Shown here piece by piece: positions 58,009 to 58,800 of a stretch of 58,800 bases of DNA. Every line of letters begins with the position of its first letter. Within the stretch, counting starts at the first letter, position 1. The notes beneath the pieces were generated by a model that made no database searches, was not told the origin of the DNA, and saw only the letters and a program-made list of their open reading frames with translations. Both the position numbers and the translations under genes were made by a program. The DNA comes from Thermoplasmatota archaeon (GTDB lineage: Archaea > Thermoplasmatota > Thermoplasmata > Halarchaeoplasmatales > Halarchaeoplasmataceae): assembly GCA_051745305.1 (NCBI GenBank), contig JBNJDY010000004.1:1-58800 (forward strand), read 5' to 3'.

Positions 58009-58135
58009 AGATTTACAATCCTTCTAATGCAAAATAAACCTTATGTAAGATAATCACCTCTATAAAGTGATATAAATCTGTAAGTCAAGTCAATTGTCCG
58101 CTATAATTTTATACAACACCTAGATTGGGAAAGCT

Positions 58136-58800
58136 ATGAACTGCAGTCGATGCAGAAATAAAGCAGTGACCTATATCCGTTACAGCGGTCAGCATCTTTG
58201 TAAAGAGCATTTCATCGATTTCTTTGAATCTAGAGTTTTTAAAGAGTTCAGGAAACAGGTCGATTTGAGTAAAGTGAATAGGATCGGTGTCGCGGTGTCA
58301 GGTGGTAAAGATAGTATAGTTGCTTTAAGGATGATCCACAAGATCGTCGGTGAACGTCGTGATTGTGATATATTCGGCATAACCATCGATGAGGGCATAG
58401 AAGGTTATCGCGCTAGCAGTTTAGAAATTGCCATAGAAGAGTACGAAAGATTGGGTGTTGATTATGAGATACGCTCTTTTGAAGATTCTTTTAGCCAGAC
58501 TCTCGATGAAATGTTAGATGAAGATAATTCACAAAAATCATGTTCCATCTGTGGTGTTCTAAGAAGATGGCTGATGAACAAGATGGCTAAAGATGCCGGA
58601 GCAGATGTGTTAGCAACAGGTTTGAACCTCGATGATACTTCACAATCTTTGCTGATGAATTTTTGTCGAGGTGATATGGAGAAGATGGCCCGTTTAGGAC
58701 CTCATGAGATCGTAAAGGAAGGTCTTGTTCCTAGAATCGCCCCACTTAGACGCACCCCTGAGAATGAAGCATATCTTTACGCACTGGTAAATGGCATGGA
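58136..58800 (+). CDS. tRNA 2-thiolation protein TtuA/Ncs6 (TIGR00269), partial, runs off the window
   Basis: Hand translation MNCSRC...HLC-EHF, SGGKDS, IDEGI-GYR, CSICGVLRR, ATG-NLDD. Confidence 0.93.
   Translation, partial: MNCSRCRNKAVTYIRYSGQHLCKEHFIDFFESRVFKEFRKQVDLSKVNRIGVAVSGGKDSIVALRMIHKIVGERRDCDIFGITIDEGIEGYRASSLEIAIEEYERLGVDYEIRSFEDSFSQTLDEMLDEDNSQKSCSICGVLRRWLMNKMAKDAGADVLATGLNLDDTSQSLLMNFCRGDMEKMARLGPHEIVKEGLVPRIAPLRRTPENEAYLYALVNGM

Noticed and set aside
2859-58398. Many 60-160 aa ORFs antisense to or nested in real genes (e.g. 41860-42273, 42344-42820, 47301-47759, 54743-55156)
   Set aside because: Ser/Phe/Ile-rich shadows of the coding strand with no motifs or RBS.

Overview
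Low-GC archaeal chromosome segment, most consistent with a halophilic, anaerobic Thermoplasmatota lineage. This is an inference from the AGT-EndoV fusion, the absence of L34e/L14e from the ribosomal cluster, the acidic protein tails, the tungsten AOR and a non-Cys Thi4. Most of the window is housekeeping: a 2-oxoacid:ferredoxin oxidoreductase operon, the large rpl3-to-secY-cmk-cbf5 ribosomal superoperon (including rps14, which the ORF track missed), tRNA-Ser(GGA), glyS, two MscS-type genes, a MOT1/ArsR/thioredoxin/AOR module, pyk, an HSR1-type heat-shock cluster (hsp20-regulator-hsp20-grpE-dnaK-dnaJ), egsA, thi4 and a partial TtuA/Ncs6 gene. I see no CRISPR array, transposase, integrase or reverse transcriptase. 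The most interesting signals are non-coding. (1) Two apparently paralogous small transcription units flank an orphan REC-PAS-PadR gene. Each has a BRE/TATA, then a 4-codon M-R-x-x-stop ORF, then a shared ~30-nt element with an anti-Shine-Dalgarno-like CCUCCU core and a U tract. (2) A ~230-nt multi-hairpin minus-strand RNA carries a 25-codon ORF whose start region pairs with the RNA's 3' end. (3) A long structured leader precedes rpl3. All annotations come from reading the sequence; no database searches or folding programs were run.
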